Shown: piece by piece, positions 46,888 through 56,529 of the stretch | Layout: the number at the start of each line of letters is the position of its first letter | How positions within the stretch are numbered: the first letter of the stretch is position 1 | Translations under genes and position numbers: made by a program | Notes under the pieces: model-generated | What the model was told of the DNA's origin: nothing | Seen by the model: the letters and a program-made list of their open reading frames with translations, nothing else | Databases searched by the model: none | Origin: Candidatus Omnitrophota bacterium | GTDB lineage: Bacteria > Omnitrophota > Gorgyraeia > Zapsychrales > Fredricksoniimonadaceae | DNA length: 64,000 bases | Assembly (NCBI GenBank): GCA_903908245.1 | Contig: CAIVRE010000033.1 | Coordinates: 82,172-146,171 of the forward strand | Reading direction: 5' to 3'

Positions 46888-47754
46888 ATGGGAGAGATCG
46901 TAACGTTTGAAGGAAAGAGCAACATGACCGCGGTCGAGGTCAAGGGTCAGGTTCAGCTGATCCAGCAGATCCTGGCGACGGTTATGAAGGAAGGCGAACA
47001 TTACGGCGTGGTGCCGGGATGCGGAACCAAGAAGGTCCTGCTCAAGTCGGGTGCGGAGAAGATCGCCATGACGTTCCGCCTTGGATGCGAGTTTGACGAA
47101 ATGCCGGGAAGCGTCGAGAGCGATAGCCTGATCTGCTACAAGATCAACTGCAAGCTGATCCACATACCAACAGGGAACACGGTCGGGAACGGACGCGGGA
47201 CCTGCAACAGCAAAGAGAAGAAATACGCCACGCGGTCGGTTTACTCGAACAAGGCCACAGACGAAGAAAAGGCGATCGGGAAACTAGAAACACGTACCGG
47301 CAGGACCGGGACCGCAGAGGTCTACGTGATCCCGAACAACCCCTGGGACGTCCAGAACACGATCATGAAGATGGCCTGCAAACGCGCCATGGTTGCCGCG
47401 ATCCTGAACGCTACTGCCGCGAGCGACCTTTTCACGCAGGACCTTGAGGACCTCCCGGAAGGCACCGTGGTCGATGAGAACGGTACCAGCGCACCGGCAT
47501 CGAGCAAGCCAGCCACACAGCCCCCACAGAGGACCCAGACGCCCCCTCCACAACAGCATCAGGCACCGAGCGGGGATGTGATCAGCGAGAACCAGGGCAA
47601 GCGGTTCTACGCGATCGCCAAGGGTAAGGGAATGACTGACCAGGAGATGAAGGACCTGCTGATGTTTGAATGTAACATCGAACACTCCCGCGACATCCCC
47701 AGGGAGCAGTACGACGCCGTGATCGATGCGGTCCAGAACTGGAAGAAGGCGTAA
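46888..47754 (+). CDS. RecT-like single-strand annealing protein
   Basis: …NPWDVQNTIMKMACKRAMVAAIL… resembles the RecT …GPW…W.EMAKKTAIRRL… motif. Followed by a PD-(D/E)XK exonuclease. Confidence 0.5.
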   Translation: MGEIVTFEGKSNMTAVEVKGQVQLIQQILATVMKEGEHYGVVPGCGTKKVLLKSGAEKIAMTFRLGCEFDEMPGSVESDSLICYKINCKLIHIPTGNTVGNGRGTCNSKEKKYATRSVYSNKATDEEKAIGKLETRTGRTGTAEVYVIPNNPWDVQNTIMKMACKRAMVAAILNATAASDLFTQDLEDLPEGTVVDENGTSAPASSKPATQPPQRTQTPPPQQHQAPSGDVISENQGKRFYAIAKGKGMTDQEMKDLLMFECNIEHSRDIPREQYDAVIDAVQNWKKA

Positions 47755-47756
47755 CC

Positions 47757-48341
47757 ATGAACGAAGTCATCTTCCAAGAGGACACGCATCAATACTTCCT
47801 CGACGGGAAGGAATACCCATCGGTGACAACCATCCTCAAGCATTTCGGGATGTCGGATTACTCGATGGTAGGCGAAACGACGCTGATGAAAGCGGCGACC
47901 TTCGGAACGAACTTCCACAAGACCGCGTCCTTTTACGAAGAAGGGACCCTGGGGGAATACAGCCCGGAGTTTGAGCCTTGGCTTAACGGGTGGAAGAAGT
48001 TCCTTAAAGACATGGCACCGGTATCACTCGCAATCGAACTCCCCATGGTGTCAAAGGCCTGGGGATTTTCAGGGACCCCGGACCGGATCTACACGATCAG
48101 GGACAAGGCGGGCATCTGGGACATAAAGACCGGAACAGAGGTTCCGGCAAACGAACTCCAGACAGCCGGGTACCAGATCCTAGCAGAGGAGAACCTCGGC
48201 ATCAAGATCAAGGAACGCGGGACCGTTTACGTTTTCGCAGACGGGTACAAGCTACACCACCACAACGCAAAGACGGACGATGGTGTGTTTAAGGGTTTAA
48301 TTAACGGATATAAATGGAAAAAACTGAAAGGGTTATTATGA
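47757..48341 (+). CDS. PD-(D/E)XK exonuclease (YqaJ / lambda-exo-like)
   Basis: HQYFLDGKEYPSVTTIL…, GTPDRIY…WDIKTG (D…D-x-K). Confidence 0.6.
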   Translation: MNEVIFQEDTHQYFLDGKEYPSVTTILKHFGMSDYSMVGETTLMKAATFGTNFHKTASFYEEGTLGEYSPEFEPWLNGWKKFLKDMAPVSLAIELPMVSKAWGFSGTPDRIYTIRDKAGIWDIKTGTEVPANELQTAGYQILAEENLGIKIKERGTVYVFADGYKLHHHNAKTDDGVFKGLINGYKWKKLKGLL

Positions 48342-49012
48342 CCACAGCAACAGCAGAGATCATTGTCGCACCAGTGAAGTCAACATGCGCCGATCACGCC
48401 ACCCAGGAGGCACAGCTGATACTGGACCACGCCAAGGCCATCGTTATCCGGGATCAGGTCGGATATGAGGAGGCCGCGATCGCACTCAAGCAACTCAAGG
48501 CTCGCATGTCCACGCTCGAAGATGAGCGAACCAAGATCACCAAGCCCATGGATGCCGCCAAGAAGGCCGTTATGGACCTTTTCCGCAGACCCCAGGACTT
48601 CCTGATTGAGGCAGAGCGGATCATGAAGAACGCCATGATCACTTATAGCAACGAGCAGGAACGTATCCGTAAGGCCGAGCAGGCCCGCCAGGATGAAATC
48701 GCCCGTAAGGAACGGGAACGGATCGAGACCCAGGCCTCCAAGGCAGAAGCCGCAGGGAAAACGGAGAAGGCGGAGGCCCTGCAGGAGAAGGCCCAGATGA
48801 TCGCGGCCCCGGTGGTTGAATCAACGGTCGAGAAAACAAGCGGAATCAGTTACCGCACCGTCTACGAGTTCGAGATCGTGGATGTTGAACAGATCCCGAG
48901 GGAATGGATGGTCCCGGACCTCAAGGCCATCGGTGGAGCGGTCAGATCAACCCAGGGCAAGATCAACATCCCAGGAGTTAAGGCAATCGCAAGAAAGACA
49001 ATCGCGGCATGA
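48338..49012 (+). CDS. hypothetical phage protein (charged and coiled-coil rich)
   Basis: ATGA overlap with the exonuclease. No family recognised. Confidence 0.4.
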   Translation: MTTATAEIIVAPVKSTCADHATQEAQLILDHAKAIVIRDQVGYEEAAIALKQLKARMSTLEDERTKITKPMDAAKKAVMDLFRRPQDFLIEAERIMKNAMITYSNEQERIRKAEQARQDEIARKERERIETQASKAEAAGKTEKAEALQEKAQMIAAPVVESTVEKTSGISYRTVYEFEIVDVEQIPREWMVPDLKAIGGAVRSTQGKINIPGVKAIARKTIAA

Positions 49013-49202
49013 CAACCCGAACCATAAACAGATCGTTGATGAAGAATCACATCACGGCCTCGTTGGCCAAGGAAAACGGTCGGTACATCGTTATTGATTA
49101 CCGCCGGGTCGGTATCCACGCCACACACATAAGAAACCTGCAAGCTGGCGATCTCGTGTGGTGGATTAACAGAATCCAATCAATCATTAGATAGGAGGAA
49201 TC

Positions 49203-49565
49203 ATGATCCACGAAAACAGCGCAGTATCATTTCAGGACCACAAAGAAACCGGCAAGGCCGAGGCATGGCGTCGTCGGGTGTTTGATGTTTTTTACAGCAA
49301 GCCCGACAGGACCATGTCCGATAGATACGTTGTCGAAGAACTGGCCGCGCCAGACGTCAACCTTGTCAGGCCGGAGATCACGCGCCTCATCCAGGACGGG
49401 ATCTTGCGCGAGGGTGGGAAGATTAAATGCTCGATCACTGGCAAAACGGTCAGGTGGTGCGAGTGGACCGGTAAGCCCTATTTTTCACGCGGGAATAAGA
49501 AGCCCCCTTTTTTTGCTCACGAACTTGTGAGGAAACAAGCGCATGGGTGTTTTTCTGTCAATTAA
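49203..49565 (+). CDS. hypothetical phage protein
   Basis: 120 aa, GGA RBS. Confidence 0.35.
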   Translation: MIHENSAVSFQDHKETGKAEAWRRRVFDVFYSKPDRTMSDRYVVEELAAPDVNLVRPEITRLIQDGILREGGKIKCSITGKTVRWCEWTGKPYFSRGNKKPPFFAHELVRKQAHGCFSVN

Positions 49566-49643
49566 CTTGACAAAGCACAAGTGGAAGATTAGCATGGGAA
49601 TGCATGAAGGAAACGGCCAATGATCCCAAAAGATAATAAATCA

Positions 49644-49723
49644 AATCCCCCGTCGGTGTTGGAACACTCGCCTAACGGCCATCGTGTCTCTTTCATGCAC
49701 ACTGGCGGGGGATTATTTTTTTT
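49644..49723 (+). terminator. rho-independent terminator (long-loop hairpin plus T8)
   Basis: AATCCCCCGTCGGTG…CACTGGCGGGGGATT followed by ATTTTTTTTGC. Confidence 0.5.
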
Positions 49724-49754
49724 GCTCAACGTTGAACCCTGGTCTAATTGACAA

Positions 49755-50519
49755 ATGGCGAATCCTCAAAAAGAAAACGGATACACCCCGATCGCAAACG
49801 ACATCCAAGACGCTCTCTGTCGAACAAGGATACCAGGACAGGCAAGGCAGGTATTGGATGTGATCATAAGAAAAACATGGGGATGGAGAAAAACAAGCGA
49901 TGCCATATCGCTTTCGCAGTTGGTAGAAATGACCGGCATGAAGAAGTACGACATTATCCCCGCAAGGAAGAAACTAATACAAATGAATATGATTATCGTT
50001 GCCCAAAAAGGCAACGGTGATGACCTAACCTACGCGTTTCAAAAGAATTACGATGAATGGGTTCCATTGCCCAAGAAGGCAACGTTGCCCAAAAAGGCAA
50101 AAACTGTTGCCCAAGAAGGCAATAAGTCGTTGCCCAAAACCCCACCCACAAAAGAAACTTATACAAAAGAAACAATAAAGACAATCAGCAAGCCGGTTAT
50201 GCCGGCTGAACTTTCAGAATCATTTATTGAAAAAGCCAAAATAGCCGGTCAACTCGGTTTTAACGTTTATCAACAGGTGAACCGATACACCAAGGGTAAG
50301 TGCAACTCGATCCCAGAAGTAGTAATGGGTGAGATTGTTGATGAGTTTTTGAAGCACCGGGAAGCCATTAAAGACATTTTCCCGTACATGGCCCGCGTTA
50401 TACAAGAAAAAAGCCGCAGGTATTTCTCCGAAAAGAACGTCGCAGATCATGAAGCCATCAAAAAACAACCAATGAACGTGGGGGATATTATGCGTCAACT
50501 TGCAGGGGCGTCCGCATGA
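49755..50519 (+). CDS. phage replisome organiser / replication initiator (winged-helix N-domain)
   Basis: YTPIANDIQDAL…ARQVLDVIIRKTWGWRKTSDAISLSQLVEMTGMKKYDIIPARKKLIQMNMI matches the phage_rep_org_N pattern. Confidence 0.65.
   Translation: MANPQKENGYTPIANDIQDALCRTRIPGQARQVLDVIIRKTWGWRKTSDAISLSQLVEMTGMKKYDIIPARKKLIQMNMIIVAQKGNGDDLTYAFQKNYDEWVPLPKKATLPKKAKTVAQEGNKSLPKTPPTKETYTKETIKTISKPVMPAELSESFIEKAKIAGQLGFNVYQQVNRYTKGKCNSIPEVVMGEIVDEFLKHREAIKDIFPYMARVIQEKSRRYFSEKNVADHEAIKKQPMNVGDIMRQLAGASA
49999..50140 (+). repeat. iteron array (4.5 copies of TTGCCCAA(A/G)AAGGCAA) inside the replication-initiator gene: candidate phage origin
   Basis: Copies at 49999-50014, 50066-50082, 50083-50099, 50107-50123 and a partial copy at 50129-50140. 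Each copy is itself a small palindrome (TTGCC…GGCAA). Confidence 0.6.
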
Positions 50520-50932
50520 AACACGGAAAGCCAGAAACCATAGAGCAGATATCAGTGGTCACATACATCCGGGCGCAATACCCGGACATCCTCATGACCA
50601 TGTCACCGGCAGGGGTCAAATTTGGGGGAAACCCGAAACAGCGCATGATCCAGGGCGCGAACATGAAGCGCATGGGATACGTTACCGGAACTCCGGACCT
50701 GATCCTTATGGAAGCCCGCGGCCCGTGGCACGGCCTGTTAATCGAGATGAAAACGCAGGGCGGGACAGCCTGTGACGTTTCACCGGAGCAAAGGGCATTC
50801 CACGCGATCGCAGAGCGGAAAGGATACCGGGTGGAGGTCTGCTTCGGTTCCAACGAGGCGGTCAACGCGGTAGATCGATATATGAAATGGCCGATAAACG
50901 GCCAAAACCAAAACAAACCCACGGGAGGGTAA
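50516..50932 (+). CDS. VRR-NUC domain nuclease
   Basis: …GTPDLILMEARG…HGLLIEMKT… PD-(D/E)XK core in VRR-NUC arrangement. Confidence 0.6.
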   Translation: MKHGKPETIEQISVVTYIRAQYPDILMTMSPAGVKFGGNPKQRMIQGANMKRMGYVTGTPDLILMEARGPWHGLLIEMKTQGGTACDVSPEQRAFHAIAERKGYRVEVCFGSNEAVNAVDRYMKWPINGQNQNKPTGG

Positions 50933-50934
50933 AG

Positions 50935-51390
50935 ATGGAACGAGCAACGGTTATTCAAAATGGGAAGTATTACTTCACGGACTTCGAGAAACAGGAGATC
51001 GCAGTAACACTCGCCAACAAGCAGGTCGACAAGACGGCAGTTGAGGATGAGAAGAAGTCGTCTATGTCGGACTTCAAAGATCAGATTGATCGCTTGAGCC
51101 TGGACATCAACAAGATGTCGCGCCTGATCATCAACGGGTACGAGAACCGCGACTTCGGGATGCACGTTAAGAGATTTATTGACATACGAACCAAGAACGT
51201 GATCGATGAGCGTCCGCTGGATCCTTCGGATTATCAGGGACAGTTTGATGATTTGGACGAGAAGGACGTGGAACCGGCCACGGTAAATGCCGCGCCAGCC
51301 TTGGAATACGCAGGAGCAAGGGAAGATGTCACCGATGCAGACGTCGTCGATCCGAATGAGCCGCCAAAACATGACCCGAGCCTAAATTAA
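50935..51390 (+). CDS. hypothetical phage protein
   Basis: GGAGGG RBS 6 nt upstream. Acidic C-terminus. Confidence 0.4.
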   Translation: MERATVIQNGKYYFTDFEKQEIAVTLANKQVDKTAVEDEKKSSMSDFKDQIDRLSLDINKMSRLIINGYENRDFGMHVKRFIDIRTKNVIDERPLDPSDYQGQFDDLDEKDVEPATVNAAPALEYAGAREDVTDADVVDPNEPPKHDPSLN

Positions 51391-51401
51391 GAGAGGACCC
51401 C

Positions 51402-51698
51402 ATGAACCAAAGAAAAGCAAAAGCGATCAGGAGAGAGATGCAGGCCCTGCACGGAGGAACGAAGGCCAAGTCGTATACGACGTTTCAACGGTATTTTATT
51501 AAGACCGTCAAGAAGATCGGGCAGATCATTAACAAGGAAAAAGGCGAATGCCTCGAACCCGGAGAGCAATATCGCGTCCGGGTCGAGTGGATCATTGCCG
51601 ACGAGCCAAGACAGAAGTACCAGGCGGAAAAGAAAAAGTATAACAAAATGCCCCGCAAACAGAGGGCTGGACGCTACCCGGAAAGGAACGACTTATGA
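51402..51698 (+). CDS. hypothetical phage protein (basic)
   Basis: RBS GAGAGGA. 98 aa. Confidence 0.35.
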   Translation: MNQRKAKAIRREMQALHGGTKAKSYTTFQRYFIKTVKKIGQIINKEKGECLEPGEQYRVRVEWIIADEPRQKYQAEKKKYNKMPRKQRAGRYPERNDL

Positions 51699-52137
51699 TC
51701 TGGTTAATTATTGGGTGTGTTTTATTGGCGATCCTCATTGTGTTTGTGGTCATTTGCGCGATCATCGCCAGCGACGAAGTCTATGAGTATGACGAATACG
51801 GAGAAGAAGTTCCTCCCGCAGGGATGGGCGGGGTCGCATGAAATCCGCAGACTCCCTTGATCGGGTGTGGAAGCCATTCGGTAAAGAGCAGAAGCGGGAA
51901 TTTGCCAAGATGAAGGCAGAGGAGGATCTGACAAAGGACCTCCAGGACCCAAGGAAAGTCAGGAAAACGGCCTCGTTGTTTGAGCGCGAGGTCGCAAGAC
52001 AAAGAAGGGCGGCAGGGTTATGACACCAGTAACAGAATGCGGCATGACCGGAAAGAAGATCCCGCCAGAGGACGCGGGACCATGGTGCAACAATGCGGAA
52101 GGATGTCAGTCCTGCCCGCACAACGAGGAGGAATAGG

Positions 52138-52350
52138 ATGGAGAACGCCTTAAAAGCGATACTTATCGGACTTATTGTGGTCGCAGTCGGTGCGATCGTA
52201 TTCGGGTGTTACTGGCTTATGGCCAAGGGTTTGATCTGGGTCATGCTCGAACTTTTCAAGATCGACTGGACCGCGAAGTTTTGGCCGGTGTTTGTTTTAA
52301 TCTGCCTCGTGTCGTCGGTGTGCGGGTGGATTGGGAAATTAAAGAAATAA
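52138..52350 (+). CDS. small hypothetical membrane protein
   Basis: AGGAGGAA RBS. Two TM helices. Confidence 0.4.
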   Translation: MENALKAILIGLIVVAVGAIVFGCYWLMAKGLIWVMLELFKIDWTAKFWPVFVLICLVSSVCGWIGKLKK

Positions 52351-52506
52351 TTGGTGATCCGCAGGAACCAGACGACGTCCCACAAAACGAACGGTGTCCG
52401 AATGAATGTTCAAGATGCGGAAACACTGAATCAGTCCACGATTGTGGCGGGTATTATCTTTGTGACGATTGCTATGCGTTCGCAAAACGAGTAGGAGAAG
52501 AATAAC

Positions 52507-52839
52507 ATGCCCTGCAATTATAAGAACTACCCACCGGACTGGAAGGACATTCGCGCAAGGATCCTCGCAAGGGCACACGACAAATGTGAACTGTGCGGAG
52601 TTATCAACCACGCGTGGGTGGTCAGGTGGAAGCACGTCTGGAAGGGGTGGTCATATTGCCAACAGTCGGACGCCGATGTATTCGACGGGATAGGAAAGGT
52701 CGTGAAGATCGTCCTCACGATCGCGCACATCGACCAGGACACGAAGAACAATGAACCGTGGAACCTCCTGGCTCTTTGTCAGAGATGCCACAACAAGATC
52801 GATCTTCCGCACAGAATTAAAAACAGGAGGAATAAATGA
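52507..52839 (+). CDS. HNH endonuclease
   Basis: C-x2-C … H-N … C-x2-C-H (CELCG…HID…CQRCHNKID). Confidence 0.65.
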   Translation: MPCNYKNYPPDWKDIRARILARAHDKCELCGVINHAWVVRWKHVWKGWSYCQQSDADVFDGIGKVVKIVLTIAHIDQDTKNNEPWNLLALCQRCHNKIDLPHRIKNRRNK

Positions 52840-53014
52840 GCGTTTTTGAAAGAAAACCTACGAGTTTTATAAAGACACTTCCGAGAGGATCAGGCCGCAT
52901 CGTATCAATGGTTGAATTTCAGGGGCGTCTTTACGTCGCCAGTGAAAAGGGGATATGGTTTTTAAAAAACATGAAAACGCGCTTTGTGCGTTGTAAGTTT
53001 GAGAGGAAAACGGG

Positions 53015-53173
53015 ATGCCATTCTACGACTATACCTGCTCCGATTGCGGCCACACCTGGGAAGAACACCACGGCATGAACGAGAAGAAGGACACATGCCC
53101 GAAGTGCGGAGGACGCGCACAAAAGCATATTGGGACCATTGGGTACAGGCGGGACCATACGGTAAATGGATAA
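53015..53173 (+). CDS. FmdB-family zinc-ribbon protein (52 aa)
   Basis: MPFYDYTCSDCGHTWEE…TCPKCGG matches the FmdB consensus (MPIYEY.C..CGH.FE…CP.CG). Below the ORF-track cut-off. Confidence 0.6.
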   Translation: MPFYDYTCSDCGHTWEEHHGMNEKKDTCPKCGGRAQKHIGTIGYRRDHTVNG

Positions 53174-54119
53174 GATTATAACGGGAAATAGTTTAGAGGT
53201 CCTCCAGTCGATGCAGACAGAAAGCGTCGATTGTTGCGTTACGTCCCCGCCGTATTATGGTCTACGCGATTATGGCGTCGACGGACAACTCGGACTGGAA
53301 AACACCCCGGAGCGATACATCGAAAAGATGGTCGAGATTTTCTCGGCCGTTAAGGATGTCCTAAAGAGCAACGGAACGCTCTGGTGCAACATCGGCGACA
53401 CATACGCCAACAGATCCTGCCCAGGACAATCAAGCCCGACGAAGCGCGACCGGCGAAAACTTGCAAACCTTCCAAAGGTCGGGGTTCCTGCAGGATGGAA
53501 AACAAAGGACCTGCTCGGGATTCCGTGGATGCTCGCCATCGCCCTCCGCGCTGACGGTTGGTACCTTCGCCAGGACATCATCTGGCACAAGCCAAACCCA
53601 ATGCCGGAATCAATGCGCGACAGATGCACAAAGGCGCATGAGTACATATTTTTATTGAGCAAGTCACCGCGATATTATTTTGACAGCGACGCCATCCGGG
53701 AGCCGTCGATCTGGAAATCATCAGAACCGTGGGGATGGGACACAGGGGACGGAGCGCACAATACGATCGAGTACCAGAAGAACGGAAAGCACAGGCGCAG
53801 TCAGCCAAAAGGATCATTCAACGGAAAGACCGGAGCGCGGGCCTTTAGGGCCACGGGTGAATGGCGTATGAAGCGATCGGTGTGGAGCGTACCAACTCGG
53901 CCGTTTAAGGGCGCACACTTCGCAACGTTCCCAGAGGCCCTGATCGATCCATGCATCAAGGCCGGGTGCCCCAAAGGCGGAACGGTCCTCGATCCTTTTT
54001 TCGGAGCGGGAACGGTTGGGGTTGTGGCCAAGAAGAACGCCAGGCATTACATCGGCATCGAATTGAATCCGGAATACGTAAAAATGGCAGAGGAAAGAAT
54101 AGAGGGGGTTTTGATATGA
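53166..54119 (+). CDS. DNA methyltransferase (N6-adenine / N4-cytosine, beta class), orphan
   Basis: CVTSPPYYGL (motif IV, SPPY) near the N-terminus and DPFFGAGTVGVVA (motif I) near the C-terminus. No adjacent restriction gene. Confidence 0.75.
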   Translation: MDKIITGNSLEVLQSMQTESVDCCVTSPPYYGLRDYGVDGQLGLENTPERYIEKMVEIFSAVKDVLKSNGTLWCNIGDTYANRSCPGQSSPTKRDRRKLANLPKVGVPAGWKTKDLLGIPWMLAIALRADGWYLRQDIIWHKPNPMPESMRDRCTKAHEYIFLLSKSPRYYFDSDAIREPSIWKSSEPWGWDTGDGAHNTIEYQKNGKHRRSQPKGSFNGKTGARAFRATGEWRMKRSVWSVPTRPFKGAHFATFPEALIDPCIKAGCPKGGTVLDPFFGAGTVGVVAKKNARHYIGIELNPEYVKMAEERIEGVLI

Positions 54120-54529
54120 GAGAGATAAAATTCAGGTGTTGGGACGAGCATAACAAGATAATGTGGCCAGTAAAGTCCCTGTATTTTAATCAAGACCCAA
54201 AAGACGGGAAACTTGAGCATATCGGGTTTTCATATCGCGGAGCGATTTTTACGCCAAACGATAATAACACCCTTATGCAATTCACAGGCCTCAAGGACAA
54301 GAATGGTAGGGAGATTTATGAGGGGGACATCATAACAAGCGGAACATCTTATAACCTTGAAGTGTTCTGGATGGGTGTCGCATGGGGTGTCCGTTGGAAA
54401 GACATGGGTAACGATGAGGAAGTAATGATTCATGACGACGGGGGAGATATGGGAATGGATGAAAAAGGAAATATGACGTACATGGAAGTCATCGGTAATA
54501 TTTATGAGAACCCGGAGGTTTTAAAATGA
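54116..54529 (+). CDS. YopX-family phage protein
   Basis: MREIKFRCWD…FTGLKDKNGREIYEGDII…. Confidence 0.6.
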   Translation: MREIKFRCWDEHNKIMWPVKSLYFNQDPKDGKLEHIGFSYRGAIFTPNDNNTLMQFTGLKDKNGREIYEGDIITSGTSYNLEVFWMGVAWGVRWKDMGNDEEVMIHDDGGDMGMDEKGNMTYMEVIGNIYENPEVLK

Positions 54530-54957
54530 TCAAGACACATACATTCATCAGCGAGAACAACGGACGCCGGGTAGTATTTGAGATCAACGGTAAGTGCATG
54601 ACCATCAGGCCGTGGATATCCGAAACGTCGCCACACGCAGGGGACGAGAAGTTTTTATTCAGGAACACCAGTCCGTCGATTGCGTATGCGATCGGGAATT
54701 GCCTGATAGAGGCGGCGCAGGCCGCTGATCCGCGGGTGGTCGGAGAATATAAACTTCCAGATGATCCAATGGGATCGTTAAAGAAATACACAAGGCAAGA
54801 CGTTTTCAAGATTTGCGGGGACACAGTCAAATTGTTTATGCACAAGCAGTTAGGGTGGCATTCGTATGATTGGGAAAGGTTCCACGGCGTAGAGATTTCA
54901 AACCTTGAGGACGCCGCGCAGGAAGCGATCGCATTTTTTGACAACAACATAAAATAA
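54526..54957 (+). CDS. hypothetical phage protein
   Basis: 143 aa. ATGA overlap with yopX. Confidence 0.35.
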   Translation: MIKTHTFISENNGRRVVFEINGKCMTIRPWISETSPHAGDEKFLFRNTSPSIAYAIGNCLIEAAQAADPRVVGEYKLPDDPMGSLKKYTRQDVFKICGDTVKLFMHKQLGWHSYDWERFHGVEISNLEDAAQEAIAFFDNNIK

Positions 54958-55027
54958 TCAACAACGCGCTTGACAATGCACAAGCGTCATGTTCAGATAT
55001 TCATAGGACTTGTGAAATCACAAGGAT

Positions 55028-56311
55028 ATGGAGATCTACATGGCGCGGCCAAACTGGACAAGTTCACAAAGAAAAACAACCGACCTCAAGCCCGCGCCAT
55101 ATAATCCCCGCAAGGCCACAGAAAAAGATGTCAAAGATTTAAAATCCTCCCTCGATCAATTTAATCTCGCAGACCCAATCATTATCAACGCTGACAACAC
55201 CGTGATCGGTGGACACTTCCGCCTTCGCATGCTTCAAGAGCAGGGCGTGGACGAAGTGGACGTGCGCGTCCCGGACCGGCAACTTGACCAGGATGAGGAA
55301 CGCCGCCTCAACTTGCGCCTTAACAAGAACAACGGGCAATGGGACTTTGACGCCCTGGGGAACTTTGATGAGGATCTGCTCAAAGAGGTCGGGTTTGACG
55401 GGGCAGAGATCGACAAGATATTTGATTTAAACGATAAAAAGGGCCAGGACGACGCCCCGGCATTGCCGGAGGCTCCCACAGCCAAGATCGGGGAGGTCTA
55501 CCAGTTAGGCCAACATCGCCTTATGTGCGGTGACTCAACGAACCCTGATCACATTTCAACGCTTATGGACGGCCACAAGGCTGACATGGCATTCACGGAC
55601 CCGCCTTATAACGTCAATTACAGCGGCCGCGGCAAGGACACAAGCACCACGATCGAGAACGACAACATGGATGAGGCATCGTTCCGGGCCTTCTTGGATG
55701 CCACGTTCAACTCCTACCGATCCATTTTAAAGACAGAGGCCGCCCTTTATTGCTGTTACGCATCAAAGACGCACCGGGAGTTTGAGGACGCCCTGAACAA
55801 GAACGGATTCCAGGTCCGCAACCAGATCATCTGGGTCAAATTGGTCGCAAGCATGGGGTGGGGAGATTACCGCTGGAAGCACGAACCCCTGCTGTATTGC
55901 CACCAGGAAGGCGCGTCGCTTGGCTTTTACGGGGACCGAAAGCAGTATACGACCTGGGATGAGGAGAAAACGGACGAAGAACTCCTCAAGATGGTAAAGG
56001 CCATGATCAAGCATGAGGAAAACGGGAACTCGACCGTTTGGAGATTTGGCCGGGAAAGCAATTATGTCCATCCAACACAGAAGCCAGTGGATCTGATCAC
56101 CCGCGCCCTTTACAACTCAAGCCAACGCGGGGAACTCGTGGTGGATCTTTTCGGTGGATCGGGAAGCACCCTGATCGCTTGTGAAAAGGCAAACCGCAGA
56201 TGCTACAGCATGGAGATGGACCCGCGCTTTGTGGATGTCATCATTCAGAGATACGAAGAATACACCGGCCAGAAGGCCGTCAAATTGGAGCCGGTCGCAT
56301 GTGGGGCATAA
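55028..56311 (+). CDS. ParB-like nuclease domain fused to DNA methyltransferase (DPPY type)
   Basis: N-terminal ParB/Srx fold (…PRKATEKDVKDLKSSLDQFNLADPIIINADNTVIGGHFRLRM) and a C-terminal MTase with FTDPPYNV and LVVDLFGGSGSTLIA. Confidence 0.7.
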   Translation: MEIYMARPNWTSSQRKTTDLKPAPYNPRKATEKDVKDLKSSLDQFNLADPIIINADNTVIGGHFRLRMLQEQGVDEVDVRVPDRQLDQDEERRLNLRLNKNNGQWDFDALGNFDEDLLKEVGFDGAEIDKIFDLNDKKGQDDAPALPEAPTAKIGEVYQLGQHRLMCGDSTNPDHISTLMDGHKADMAFTDPPYNVNYSGRGKDTSTTIENDNMDEASFRAFLDATFNSYRSILKTEAALYCCYASKTHREFEDALNKNGFQVRNQIIWVKLVASMGWGDYRWKHEPLLYCHQEGASLGFYGDRKQYTTWDEEKTDEELLKMVKAMIKHEENGNSTVWRFGRESNYVHPTQKPVDLITRALYNSSQRGELVVDLFGGSGSTLIACEKANRRCYSMEMDPRFVDVIIQRYEEYTGQKAVKLEPVACGA

Positions 56312-56529
56312 CGATTTTGAGCATTATCGGGGTCATTTTGAACATCCAGAAGCGCAAGGAATGCTTCATCATCTGGGCATTCACGAACTTCGCATGGATG
56401 GTTTATGACTTATCGATCGGGGCAACGGCCCAGGGGGTTTTGATGCTGGTCTATTTTATCCTCGCAATCTGGGGCCTGATCAAGTGGCATGACGATAACC
56501 GCCGCGAAGGCGAACTGGTGGGTGCGTAA
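56299..56529 (+). CDS. small membrane protein (possible holin-like)
   Basis: 76 aa with 2-3 TM helices, just upstream of the terminase genes. Confidence 0.3.
   Translation: MWGITILSIIGVILNIQKRKECFIIWAFTNFAWMVYDLSIGATAQGVLMLVYFILAIWGLIKWHDDNRREGELVGA

Noticed and set aside
49999-50140. IS / transposon terminal inverted repeats
   Set aside because: The repeats are tandem direct copies inside a replication-initiator gene (iterons). No transposase nearby.
50488-51372. 294-aa minus-strand ORF in the prophage
   Set aside because: Antisense to three consecutive + strand phage genes that have good RBSs and operon spacing.
52836-53078. 80-aa ORF overlapping the FmdB-like gene
   Set aside because: Its 3' third overlaps the strongly motif-supported FmdB zinc-ribbon ORF. 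If real, it must terminate earlier. Retained only as doubtful.
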